Shown one piece after another: positions 53,577-62,697 of a stretch of DNA of 64,000 nt. Numbering within the stretch: the stretch's first letter is position 1; each line of letters opens with the position of its first letter. The position numbers were made by a program, and so were the translations under genes. The stretch is from positions 13,210 to 77,209 of the forward strand of contig CAZDOJ010000001.1 in NCBI GenBank assembly GCA_964507055.1, in the 5' to 3' direction. The notes under the pieces were generated by a model. It saw only the letters and a program-made list of their open reading frames with translations, ran no database searches and was not told where the DNA came from. Origin of the DNA: an uncultured Gammaproteobacteria bacterium (GTDB taxonomy: Bacteria; Patescibacteriota; Microgenomatia; Levybacterales; UBA12049).

Positions 53577-56027
53577 ATGGTAGAACAAAGAGGACCAACT
53601 TCAGAAAAAGTTGTGACTGCAAACGGCCGTCAAGAACGTCGTAAGGGCCCGAAAAAGCGTGTAACGATGATCCACCTCATCCATACTGATGCTGCTGCTG
53701 AGGAGCATCTCACCCCATTTGAACAAGGTATTCGTGATGCCGTCCAAAGAAATCCTGAGCTTACTAAAAAAATTGGTGTATTCATGGAAGATACATCTAT
53801 GACAGCTGCTCAAACAGCTTTTATAAATGCTAAGATTTCAGCAGGCTCCCTTCCTTCAGAAGCAATGCTTGACTGGCATGTTAAGGAGTATCAGGAGCGT
53901 GAAAATGGGGCAGAACCATATGCGGAGGATGTTAAGAGACTTGGAGAAGTTCTTTCAACAGGATTTTATGGTAGAGCCAGAGAAATCGCAGATAGAACTT
54001 TTGCTGAATACCCAGGAAAACTTTTTCTTATTTCAGAAGGTCATGCTGAGCACACGCATGTTCATATTGATAAAGGACCACAACCGCAAACGAAACGAAG
54101 GGGGTTTTTCCCGAAACGCAAGGCTGAGGGACCCGCTCCTAAGAGCGAAGAAGAAATGTTGGAGGCAATGAAAGAGAGGATTGTGTCTTTATCATCCAGC
54201 CTTCGAGCTCGTGATACTAAGATAGTCCAAAATATCGACGAGGCACTGGCAAGAGATGACGTTGCTGAAGTGGTTGGATGGGTTGGGGCAGTACATACTC
54301 CCGTAGGGCATGAGTTAAGTAGGAAATATACAGTGAAGCGTATCTTTCCCGATAAGCAAGATGGTGTTTTTTTCTATTCTCCGGGACAACAGCTTACAAG
54401 GAAGGCAACAATGGATCCGGAATATATTCCTACTCATGCAGAAATTACTCAAACCCGTTTGTCTCACCAAGCCGCTCTTTCTGAGCTGAAAGCTGAAGGA
54501 GCAATCCCAGCAACCTATGACCGGCAGGGGCATGATGGTGCTATATCTCAACAAATAATTAGACGTGAATACGATTGGATGAAGAGGCAAAATACCCCTG
54601 AAGCTACTCCCAGGTTGGCAACTGTTGATATAGTGGCTCAAACTCTACGAGATCGGGAACAAGATTATGCGAGGATTAAGGCAGAAGAAGCCCGAGCTGC
54701 ACATCCGGACTATCCGTTTACACTGCGTATACAACCCGATCAACCAGAATGGGCGATTTTGAAAGCTGCAGGGATGTCTGCTGAAAAGATTAATTCAGGT
54801 ACATTTACTCGACAGGAATTACTCGATGCCGGCTTCTTATTCAAAAACACACTGAATTCAGGAGAAAAAGGAATTATAAGTGGAAAGATACCAGATCCAG
54901 AAGATCCAGAAAAAGAAATTGATTTTACAGGACGGAAGTTGTTAACGAGAGCGGAGGTAGAAATGGTATATGCGTATCAGCAACAACATCCTGAAGTTTA
55001 TGGACTACAAGGTCATGATATCGATGAAGTACGAAATGATATGTTGAGTTTCATGCGTGAAGCTGTGCGTACCGATCCCTTTGAATATAATAATGATTTT
55101 CTTCGTAAAGCACTTCCTTATGATCGAGCTCAAATGGGTTGGGAAATGGACTGGGAACAAGATGAGGCAGATCTGATAGAAAAATTCTGGAGAGCTGAAG
55201 AAAAGAAATATGTGCGAAGTGATCAAGATCCAGAAAAAACGAGAGATTCGAAATGGAGAGCCGCTTGGATACGTGTGAGAGAGAATTTTGCTCGAACACA
55301 ACTTGCTGATCTCTATACTTTGAAAGATGAAGGTACTAAAACTGCTTATTTTAACCGTAAAGAGGTGCGTGGTATCACAACAGAAACGAAAAATATGGTA
55401 CGTGGAGGAAGTGTTTTAAACGAGCCTTCGCCTTTTCTTGATAGTGGATTTTTCTTTGGTCGTAATATTGATATAGATCTTTGGATGAAAGAACAGACTG
55501 GTGATACTGAGGGCGTACACAGAAGGCTCAACGTAGTAAATGTCCATCTTATCGGTGCTCATCCAGAATTCCCGGGTTTTAGTGAAATGGGCACTCAAGG
55601 TTGGGATCAGCGATATATGACTCCAGGAGAATATGTACGAGAGCTCTATCCAGAAGATGAGGCAGTTCGTACCGCAGTACAGACTCAAGAAGCCACACTG
55701 GCTGCACAAGTCTTACATATAGATAAAATCATTAAAGAATCACATGTGCGATTACTAGCAGCTGTTAAAAAATGGGATGCGGAACGAGGAATATTAGGTC
55801 TAAAAGAAATTTTCAAGCGACCTGCATCAGAGTATGCTCCTCAGGCTAAAAATATTGTTGAAGGTGAAGACTATGGAGAAGCGTTACGGGTAGATTCCAC
55901 GGAAACAACAGTTGCGTCAGGAATGCCACAATTGAGCTCTGATAACACACCGCTTGCTGAGATTGATTTACAGATTGATTGGGGAGGAGAAGGAGATCCA
56001 GATCTTGGTGCACATAAGTCTCTATAA
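53577..56027 (+). CDS. tail-family protein T19 (family A domain fused to ~500-aa unknown C-terminal region)
   Basis: The N-terminal ~300 aa carry MIHLIHTD, IGVFMED, LPSEAM, YPGKLFLISEGH, VGWVGAVHTPVGHEL and RIFP. C-terminus LQIDWGGEGDPDLGAHKSL. Confidence 0.85.
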   Translation: MVEQRGPTSEKVVTANGRQERRKGPKKRVTMIHLIHTDAAAEEHLTPFEQGIRDAVQRNPELTKKIGVFMEDTSMTAAQTAFINAKISAGSLPSEAMLDWHVKEYQERENGAEPYAEDVKRLGEVLSTGFYGRAREIADRTFAEYPGKLFLISEGHAEHTHVHIDKGPQPQTKRRGFFPKRKAEGPAPKSEEEMLEAMKERIVSLSSSLRARDTKIVQNIDEALARDDVAEVVGWVGAVHTPVGHELSRKYTVKRIFPDKQDGVFFYSPGQQLTRKATMDPEYIPTHAEITQTRLSHQAALSELKAEGAIPATYDRQGHDGAISQQIIRREYDWMKRQNTPEATPRLATVDIVAQTLRDREQDYARIKAEEARAAHPDYPFTLRIQPDQPEWAILKAAGMSAEKINSGTFTRQELLDAGFLFKNTLNSGEKGIISGKIPDPEDPEKEIDFTGRKLLTRAEVEMVYAYQQQHPEVYGLQGHDIDEVRNDMLSFMREAVRTDPFEYNNDFLRKALPYDRAQMGWEMDWEQDEADLIEKFWRAEEKKYVRSDQDPEKTRDSKWRAAWIRVRENFARTQLADLYTLKDEGTKTAYFNRKEVRGITTETKNMVRGGSVLNEPSPFLDSGFFFGRNIDIDLWMKEQTGDTEGVHRRLNVVNVHLIGAHPEFPGFSEMGTQGWDQRYMTPGEYVRELYPEDEAVRTAVQTQEATLAAQVLHIDKIIKESHVRLLAAVKKWDAERGILGLKEIFKRPASEYAPQAKNIVEGEDYGEALRVDSTETTVASGMPQLSSDNTPLAEIDLQIDWGGEGDPDLGAHKSL

Positions 56028-56078
56028 CTTGAATATAAGGCTAAATTCAACTATAATACCCCGATACATTAGATAACT

Positions 56079-57275
56079 ATGACTGAGACACGAAAACCAA
56101 GAGAACCCTTCAAATTGAGTAAGCCAGTGAACCCAGCATACAGAGCAGCTTCAAAAAGATGGTCAGACCATCCAACGGCTGTAGACTTCACCAATTATGC
56201 TGACTACCACTGGGTTGAGAAATTTAATGAACATTCCAGAGCTGGAAATAAAATTGCAGCATTAGGATGGTTGCTGGCAGGACAAACCCGAAAGTCATTT
56301 ATGACCCGATATGATATCGTAGGTCGAAATGAAGTTGCTCCTCGGATGAGTGATGCTCAAAAGCAGACAATCAGTCGTTTTGAAACAGTCCAAAAAGTAA
56401 CAAATATCATAAAACGTGCACTTGAAGATAGTGAGACAAAAAAGCGTAGACCAAAGGAGCCACTTAGACATAGAATTGCTCGGTATAAGGATGTTTTTGA
56501 TTCAGCGAGAGCAAAAAGAAGAGAGAGAATCGATAATGGAGGAGGACTTTTTAATACGGCATTTTCTACATTTGTTCCAGATAAAGGAATTGAAAATGCA
56601 TATAAGAGTAAAGTAGCACGGCAATATGGACCATCTGATGAGGAGTCTGCTCAACAAGGGGTGGCTGAAAAAGAACCTAAAAACACTTTTGATATAGGTC
56701 ACGGATTGACCGTAGACTTTGATCAAGCTCGAGATGCTGGACTTGATGCCGTAGAAGGTAGATTGGGGCCGATAACTGGAAATGAGACTAACCAGGAACT
56801 AAATGCTCGAAAAGCAATCGCTGCAGAAGCAAGAAAAAAGGATATTCAAGGCCAATTAGATAAACAGCGTGCAGATTTTGATGCTGGACGTGAAAGTCAG
56901 GGGCTTGATCCAGTAGATCATGCAGGAGAACCAGATGCTGATGCTGCAATAGCAAAATACCTCGAAGCAAAAAAGACAACGTCGGAGACTCCGCAAGCTT
57001 CTGTACCGGATATGAAGGGTGTAAAAATAACAATGCCAGGATTTCTCAAAAGAGATCCTGATCGAAATAAAACCTTTGAGGAACGTACACTTGCAGAAGT
57101 TGCTAAACGTGTTGCAGAAGCCGAAGCTGCGAAACAGGCTTCAGTTTCCCAAAATCGAAATGGTATGCCTGAGTTATCAGATGATCAAAATGTGCCGCTA
57201 TCGACTCTGGATGAAAGTGTACAATGGGATGGCTCTGACAGTCCACGTGGGGTCGATGGGCCAAAGATGCGATAA
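56079..57275 (+). CDS. tail-family protein T20 (basic/acidic, degenerate tail)
   Basis: C-terminus ESVQWDGSDSPRGVDGPKMR. The W-x-G, acidic and GP-K elements are kept, but the terminal [ST]-L is missing. TATAAT lies 21 nt before the ATG. Confidence 0.8.
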   Translation: MTETRKPREPFKLSKPVNPAYRAASKRWSDHPTAVDFTNYADYHWVEKFNEHSRAGNKIAALGWLLAGQTRKSFMTRYDIVGRNEVAPRMSDAQKQTISRFETVQKVTNIIKRALEDSETKKRRPKEPLRHRIARYKDVFDSARAKRRERIDNGGGLFNTAFSTFVPDKGIENAYKSKVARQYGPSDEESAQQGVAEKEPKNTFDIGHGLTVDFDQARDAGLDAVEGRLGPITGNETNQELNARKAIAAEARKKDIQGQLDKQRADFDAGRESQGLDPVDHAGEPDADAAIAKYLEAKKTTSETPQASVPDMKGVKITMPGFLKRDPDRNKTFEERTLAEVAKRVAEAEAAKQASVSQNRNGMPELSDDQNVPLSTLDESVQWDGSDSPRGVDGPKMR

Positions 57276-57279
57276 CTTC

Positions 57280-58797
57280 TTAAAGTGTTTTCGGTAGATC
57301 TTGATCAGGTTCATCTTCTCCAGCAAAATCAACTGCATCGGTAGGTATTCCATGCTCTGACGCAAAGAATATAGGCATAGCAGCTTTCGTTATCTGAATT
57401 TGTTCTGGTTTTTCTGTAACCTTTGGTTTTGGAGTAATTTCGTCTATCATACCTAATTTTTCTGCTTCATCGCGAAGAGATGGTGCACCTAATGCTTGTG
57501 TGATCGCTGATGAAGACGTATCAATTACTTCTTCAGGCTCTCCAGAAGCTCGAATTTGCTCAACAGGAATACCTCCAATTTCAGTAATTTCATGTGCATA
57601 GCGTAATGTCCCATCAAGATTTTCAATAATTGCAGGTTGTGTCTCTACTTGAGTTTCGGGCTTTAGGCGGATTCTTTTATATTCGTATTGTTTTATCTTT
57701 TTAGGCCTTAGTCGTCCTTTGAGATATCGCTTGATGCGTCCTTCTTCGCCTGCTTCTTGATCTTCAGCTCTGGCTATCTCAGCAACTTCTTTTGTTCCAT
57801 CGTTCAGTGGTCGCCCTGCTATAATTCCTTGTGTCGAAGGTGGTGTAAATCCATTTTCTGTATAGAGCTGCTTCATTCTCGCCGCGTATGTTTTGTCTAC
57901 TTCTTCAGCCTGGCCGTAATCTCCTTGCAAATCAAAACCGAGCATTCTACGAAACTCATCACGTCTCCGTTCAACAATATTTGAAAGATTATCATCTAAT
58001 TCGATGGATGGATTTCCGCCTTTTATCGTTTCGCCTAGTTCAGGGATTTGGGCCATCCATGCATCATGAGCTCTTGCTGCTTCAGGGTGAAAGAGACGAT
58101 TATATCCATTCCATGGAGCAGCTTCGATAGCTGCAACCCATTTTTGGATTATTGCACGACGCTCCATGTATTCAGTGCGAAGTCGGTCACGATCTGCGAT
58201 CTCTTCAGCACTTGAACCAAGCGGATCCCATGGAATAAATGCGACAGTACCTGTAGCTCTGGATTTTCCATTTTTTCTTGGACCAAATAACACACCTCGC
58301 TGATGATCGGGATTTGCAACCGGACATCGACAGGAATAGGTACATACTTTTACTTCACTCTTGGGAATTATTTTATCAGGGGAGATATATACTTTTGCTT
58401 CATCAGTTAGTTCATCAAGGAGCTCTGTTGCAATACTGAGGGAGTCTGTTATCCCGGCTGCCATATCTTGCTCAGTTAATAAGTCCTTGGCTTCAAGTAC
58501 TGCCTGTTTGCCGAGGCGAAGTTCATGCCTTGTCGGTTCTGTTGAAGTTTCAGTGGCCGTTTTTTCTATATCCGTAGGGGAAATACCATGCAGCATTGCA
58601 GCAGTTACAAGTCCATCAGTTGCGAGTCTTCTTGCATCTGGATCATCAATCTGTTGAGCACTAACTAACGCAAAAGAAATAGGAAGCACATATCTATCTG
58701 CAAGTTCTCTCTCAGATTGAGCTGTCCGCTCTCGTGAAGCAGCTGGAATTCCATCCGGATGTGGATGTCTTGGTCGGAATCTATCAGGAGTGTTCAT
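57280..58797 (-). CDS. tail-family protein T21, operonic with the coupling ATPase
   Basis: The ATG lies 1 nt after the stop of 58799-62551. C-terminus DAVDFAGEDEPDQDLPKTL. No relaxase-type motifs noticed. Confidence 0.85.
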   Translation of the reverse strand: MNTPDRFRPRHPHPDGIPAASRERTAQSERELADRYVLPISFALVSAQQIDDPDARRLATDGLVTAAMLHGISPTDIEKTATETSTEPTRHELRLGKQAVLEAKDLLTEQDMAAGITDSLSIATELLDELTDEAKVYISPDKIIPKSEVKVCTYSCRCPVANPDHQRGVLFGPRKNGKSRATGTVAFIPWDPLGSSAEEIADRDRLRTEYMERRAIIQKWVAAIEAAPWNGYNRLFHPEAARAHDAWMAQIPELGETIKGGNPSIELDDNLSNIVERRRDEFRRMLGFDLQGDYGQAEEVDKTYAARMKQLYTENGFTPPSTQGIIAGRPLNDGTKEVAEIARAEDQEAGEEGRIKRYLKGRLRPKKIKQYEYKRIRLKPETQVETQPAIIENLDGTLRYAHEITEIGGIPVEQIRASGEPEEVIDTSSSAITQALGAPSLRDEAEKLGMIDEITPKPKVTEKPEQIQITKAAMPIFFASEHGIPTDAVDFAGEDEPDQDLPKTL

Positions 58798-58798
58798 A

Positions 58799-61700
58799 CT
58801 ACTTACCTAACTTTGGTGGCCCATCGTCTTTGCCTTTTTCATTTTTCTTTTCCATTTCATTGTAAAGTTCAACTTCTTGCTCCATAGTAAGTGGTGCATC
58901 TAATTCAGGACGAGGTTTTGGTTCAATTGCTGTTGTTTGTCCTCCAAGTACTTGTTTATCCGTTGGTGTGATATTTTGCGTTGGCTTAACTGTCTCTCCT
59001 TCAATAACAAATGAATCAGGTCTTCTTGCTAGTTCTCCACGTGGTTTTGGTCCAAGTCTTGGCCGTAGTGCTTCTATCTGTTTTGCAGTGACCAACTCAA
59101 CAAAGATTGGTCTACCATTTTTAAGTGCTACAATTCCTGTAAAGTCAGGCAATCTTGTAATATCTTCAGGTCTGACGATTGGTTCCCGTACGTCCTCATC
59201 AGTTTTTGTTGTTACAGTGATTTCTGGAATTCTTTGGCTTGGGTTCGTCGTCCTACTTATCTCTCCGCCTTTTCCTCGAGTAGTCGTTGTGCTGCGAGGC
59301 GTTCTATGTGCTGGAGTTGTTGCTTTACTTTCTTTTGTTACGGTACGAGTATGTTGTCCGAAATATGCACTAAATTCGTCAACAGTGGCTTTGTCATCAA
59401 GATTTGGGAGGAGTAATCTACCACCATGACTGTTACTTCTTACTGTAACATATCCATCTTGGGTCCAAATTCTTCGAGCCTGTCCACCATCTTGTATTGC
59501 CCCGAGATATTGCTGCCATCTCTTTCGAGAAAGTGCTAAGAATTGATCGTAGTTACGAATTGGTGCAATATGAGGCAATTCGTCCAGAGCTCCAAGCATT
59601 CGTGGTCCCATAGGTAATCCTTCGACACCGCGTCTTTCTGAATTTTCACCATGTGCTCTAAAATGTGTCATAAGATGTGCAAGGAAGAGCCCTCGGTATC
59701 GTTCTTGATCTGATTCGTGAGCCATCATATAAAGTGATGGACGATTTTCAAAGGTATCATCACTATACATAGTATTGGGATCAATTTCATGTACTTTCGT
59801 TGCATCTTGCACTTTTGGATCTGTCCAAGGTTCAAGTGCTTGGCGTGCCATTGTAATAGCTGATCGTGCGTTTTCTGCACCCGTTCGTAAACCTTCTTTT
59901 AAGTCGAGAAGTGCATTCCATGCCTGGACTGAATCTGATCGGAGTGCCAGACCTTCTCTAATTTTTTCTTGGTCACCGTAAGCTGCACCCTCAGCAATTA
60001 TTCTTCGTGCTTCACCTTCCTGCCATACACAGAATCCAGCAAGTTTTGGTAGGGGACTAAGTTGTCCTTTGATTGTAAAGCGTTGAGCGGCTTCAAGAAC
60101 GTGACCCATATGTCGGGGAGATTCCATATTATATCGTCCGTTGATATACAGTAATGGAGTCATCAACATACGTGCTTGACTATGCCAATAGTCCATATTG
60201 GAGTCGCTATCATTACCTTTGCTTATTCCACTGATAAGTTCGTTTGCAATTTTCATTGACTCAGACCATGTCCGTGTATGTTCAAGTGGATTCCATCGAT
60301 GGGTGCCTTCTCCTGAAGTATCAAGCGGATCCCATCTGTATACATCTCCATGAGAACGAGCCCAACCTTCAGTTTTTTTCCAGATTTCACTTCCAACAGC
60401 TGTTGATATCACCAGACCTCGTCTTGCGAGAATATTTGGAACAATGATTGATTCTGATTTACCTTGTCCTGTTGGTCCAACAACAAGTCCATGTCCACCT
60501 TCTCCTCCAGCAATGAGTCTTCCGCTACTTCGTCCCCAGATGATCCTGTCTCCGAGTTTATCTATGTTTCTGCTTGCGAAATAATCTTGTCTAGACATTT
60601 CTCTTCGTGTAGGCCAACCATATTCTGGATCTCCACGTCGACTTCTGCGACGCATTGCACGTGTATCATCGATCATCTGTTGGACGACAAAATCAACCCC
60701 ATCTCTCATTGCTCTCATAATTTCTGACTGGCTTCTGAATTCTGTTTGTTCAGTTATTCTTGTAGGACCATCGATATCTGGCATTCGTTCAGGGCGGGGA
60801 ATAACTCGTGTTCTTAGATGTTGAGGTTCTCTTCTTGTTGGGTTTGTTGAGGCTTCAGTAACCACTGGCTTTGCGTTGTCAGGGTGAGCTGGTTCTTTAC
60901 CCGTAGCGGGGACCACCAATACACCATTAACAAATTTCAGTTTTTCTGTTTGCTCCTCAACGGGAATATTTGGTGTACCGTCGAGTGGGATCGTACCTCG
61001 AATTTTGTCGGGAGTTAATGTGCTGAGGTCTTCTCCTGCAGGTACAATAATAAGATTCCCTTCATGAACAACAAGTCGTGCATTTGGGATTGAGCGTCGT
61101 TCTGTCCAGTGTACTTCGACTGTCTCAGCTTTTTCTCCACCGGACCAAAGGCGAATAGTTGTGTGCTCATTAACTTTTGTTTCAAAATACGTACCTTCCT
61201 CAGTTGACCTCTTTATTGCATTCTCACTGATTTCTCTCCATTTTTCATTGTAATCCTTCACAACTTGAGTAGCTGGTGCTTCCATCCGTGATCCTACTTT
61301 TTGCAATTCTTTTTGTACATCAGCAGCGAAAAGATCTAGATCTGGAAGTTCCTCTATATTTGGTAAACTAGGATCTTGATTTACTTTTGTTACTGTGCCT
61401 TGTAAGTCTTTCGTGGTGGAATTTTGTGTAAGCCTAATACCAAACTCAAGCGTTTCCCATTCTTTTTGTGTGAGGGGTCCTGATTTTTCTTTTAATCGTT
61501 CGGTTAAACCTGTGAGATCTGTTTCTATATGAGCAAGTATCGTAAATGCTGCATTTTGTCTTTGCACCTGGGTTCTGATTTCCTCTGGAATCGCTTCTAC
61601 CGGAAGATCTGATAATCGTTCAATAAGTTGATAATCAATATATTTAATGAGGACATTTCCCAATACTTTCTTTTCTGTTTCGGTTAGAGATTTTAGATCT

Positions 61701-62551
61701 CGTTGCATTTCATCTTCTGGAAGTGCAATTTCATCAGCAGTAGTTTCTTCAGCACCAGAAGGGTATGAAGGTGGTATCTTTCTATCTTCGACGGGAGCAC
61801 CTTCGGCTGAAACAGTTTGTTTCTGTGTTCCAGTTGTTTGTTCTTCTGAGCCGACTTTTTCAGTAACAGGAGCTTCTGTTGTCGAAATATCTTCTGTGCG
61901 GATTGTAGTTTGCAGGCCTGTATCTATCGTTGCTTGCTGATCTGTATCATCCGTAGATTCTCTACTACTGGAACCTGTTTGATGATCACTTCCTGTAGTA
62001 TCCTGCTCTGTGTCTGAACGATCATTCCCATGTGCATCGTCCTGACTAGATGTATCTTGTCTATCTGTCTGTTGGCTGTCTTCATTCGCTGTTTCTTGTT
62101 GTTCGGTTCTGACCTGATTTCTTTCAGTTTCTATTTGTGGTTGCTGAGGAACTTCATCACGAATAAAGGCTTGTTGTGTAAGAATACCTGCTCGTATATT
62201 AGATATTGGGTCTCGATCTCGTCCTAAGTAATTCTCATTTAAATTGGTCTGTAATTCTCCCGGGTTAGTTTGTGCAATGTCATACAGAGCAGATCCAATT
62301 TGATCAACTGTTTCTATTTCTGGGTTTCCAGTTAGTGTCCGAGCAATGTCTACATATGCAGCTTTAAGTGGAGCTTCTGCTCGTATAATTTGTTCTGCTG
62401 AGGGCCTATCTTTTCCGATAGATTTTGTGGCTTGTCTGCGAATATCTCCCAATACGAAAGAATTAATCCGTGCAATCCCAGCAGTTCTTGGATCAACTGC
62501 TTGATCTTTATGTTCATCTCCTGGTCTGCCAATTGGCCTTTCTGCTGCCAT
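58799..62551 (-). CDS. VirD4/TraG-family type IV coupling protein-like ATPase with ~690-aa N-terminal extension
   Basis: Walker A: GHGLVVGPTGQGKSESIIVPNIL (coding 60455-60478). Walker B region: LGALDELPHIAPI. GAIQDGGQ is also present. These match the TraG/VirD4 pattern. No hydrophobic TM segment is evident. Confidence 0.8.
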   Translation of the reverse strand: MAAERPIGRPGDEHKDQAVDPRTAGIARINSFVLGDIRRQATKSIGKDRPSAEQIIRAEAPLKAAYVDIARTLTGNPEIETVDQIGSALYDIAQTNPGELQTNLNENYLGRDRDPISNIRAGILTQQAFIRDEVPQQPQIETERNQVRTEQQETANEDSQQTDRQDTSSQDDAHGNDRSDTEQDTTGSDHQTGSSSRESTDDTDQQATIDTGLQTTIRTEDISTTEAPVTEKVGSEEQTTGTQKQTVSAEGAPVEDRKIPPSYPSGAEETTADEIALPEDEMQRDLKSLTETEKKVLGNVLIKYIDYQLIERLSDLPVEAIPEEIRTQVQRQNAAFTILAHIETDLTGLTERLKEKSGPLTQKEWETLEFGIRLTQNSTTKDLQGTVTKVNQDPSLPNIEELPDLDLFAADVQKELQKVGSRMEAPATQVVKDYNEKWREISENAIKRSTEEGTYFETKVNEHTTIRLWSGGEKAETVEVHWTERRSIPNARLVVHEGNLIIVPAGEDLSTLTPDKIRGTIPLDGTPNIPVEEQTEKLKFVNGVLVVPATGKEPAHPDNAKPVVTEASTNPTRREPQHLRTRVIPRPERMPDIDGPTRITEQTEFRSQSEIMRAMRDGVDFVVQQMIDDTRAMRRRSRRGDPEYGWPTRREMSRQDYFASRNIDKLGDRIIWGRSSGRLIAGGEGGHGLVVGPTGQGKSESIIVPNILARRGLVISTAVGSEIWKKTEGWARSHGDVYRWDPLDTSGEGTHRWNPLEHTRTWSESMKIANELISGISKGNDSDSNMDYWHSQARMLMTPLLYINGRYNMESPRHMGHVLEAAQRFTIKGQLSPLPKLAGFCVWQEGEARRIIAEGAAYGDQEKIREGLALRSDSVQAWNALLDLKEGLRTGAENARSAITMARQALEPWTDPKVQDATKVHEIDPNTMYSDDTFENRPSLYMMAHESDQERYRGLFLAHLMTHFRAHGENSERRGVEGLPMGPRMLGALDELPHIAPIRNYDQFLALSRKRWQQYLGAIQDGGQARRIWTQDGYVTVRSNSHGGRLLLPNLDDKATVDEFSAYFGQHTRTVTKESKATTPAHRTPRSTTTTRGKGGEISRTTNPSQRIPEITVTTKTDEDVREPIVRPEDITRLPDFTGIVALKNGRPIFVELVTAKQIEALRPRLGPKPRGELARRPDSFVIEGETVKPTQNITPTDKQVLGGQTTAIEPKPRPELDAPLTMEQEVELYNEMEKKNEKGKDDGPPKLGK

Positions 62552-62579
62552 ATTTTTGGTATATGTGTAAGAAATGATG

Positions 62580-62588
62580 ATTATAACA
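62580..62588 (-). promoter_or_regulatory. extended -10 (TGtTATAAT) for the coupling-ATPase operon
   Basis: The reverse complement of attataaca is TGTTATAAT, 28 nt upstream of the ATG at 62551. No SD in between. Confidence 0.45.
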
Positions 62589-62654
62589 TAGGATATGATT
62601 AATGAAAAGCTTGGTAGATTAATGTGATCAAAAAATCATACAGAAATCATACAT

Positions 62655-62690
62655 CCTGTAGTAGTATTTTTACCAGTTTTTTGATAAAAT
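62655..62690 (+). promoter_or_regulatory. island junction promoter: CCTGTAGTAG-N20-TAAAAT (T23)
   Basis: Box at 62655-62664 and TGaTAAAAT at 62682-62690. ATG follows 7 nt later. Confidence 0.5.
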
Positions 62691-62697
62691 ATCCACC

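Noticed and set aside
24992-58797. The periodic repeat (ATTGATTGG... plus junction motifs) as a CRISPR array or non-coding repeat family.
   Set aside because: The repeats are 1-3 kb apart, lie in-frame at the 3' ends of long ORFs, and vary mainly at synonymous or conservative positions. They are coding tails and promoters.
24992-58797. The tail as a known sorting signal: sortase LPXTG, exosortase PEP-CTERM, GlyGly-CTERM, a PTS1-like SKL or a class I PDZ ligand.
   Set aside because: No TM helix or basic anchor follows the motif because it ends at the stop. The terminal order is [RK]-[ST]-L rather than S-K-L. S/T is at P-1 rather than P-2. PDZ-like reading of the free terminus is kept only as a generic possibility.
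62541-62551. The C-terminus of the coupling ATPase (DDGPPKLGK, encoded near 58799-58830) as a true tail-family member.
   Set aside because: Only the D-x-GP-x-K fragment matches. W-x-G and the terminal [ST]-L are absent, so the resemblance may be chance. It is mentioned but not counted.
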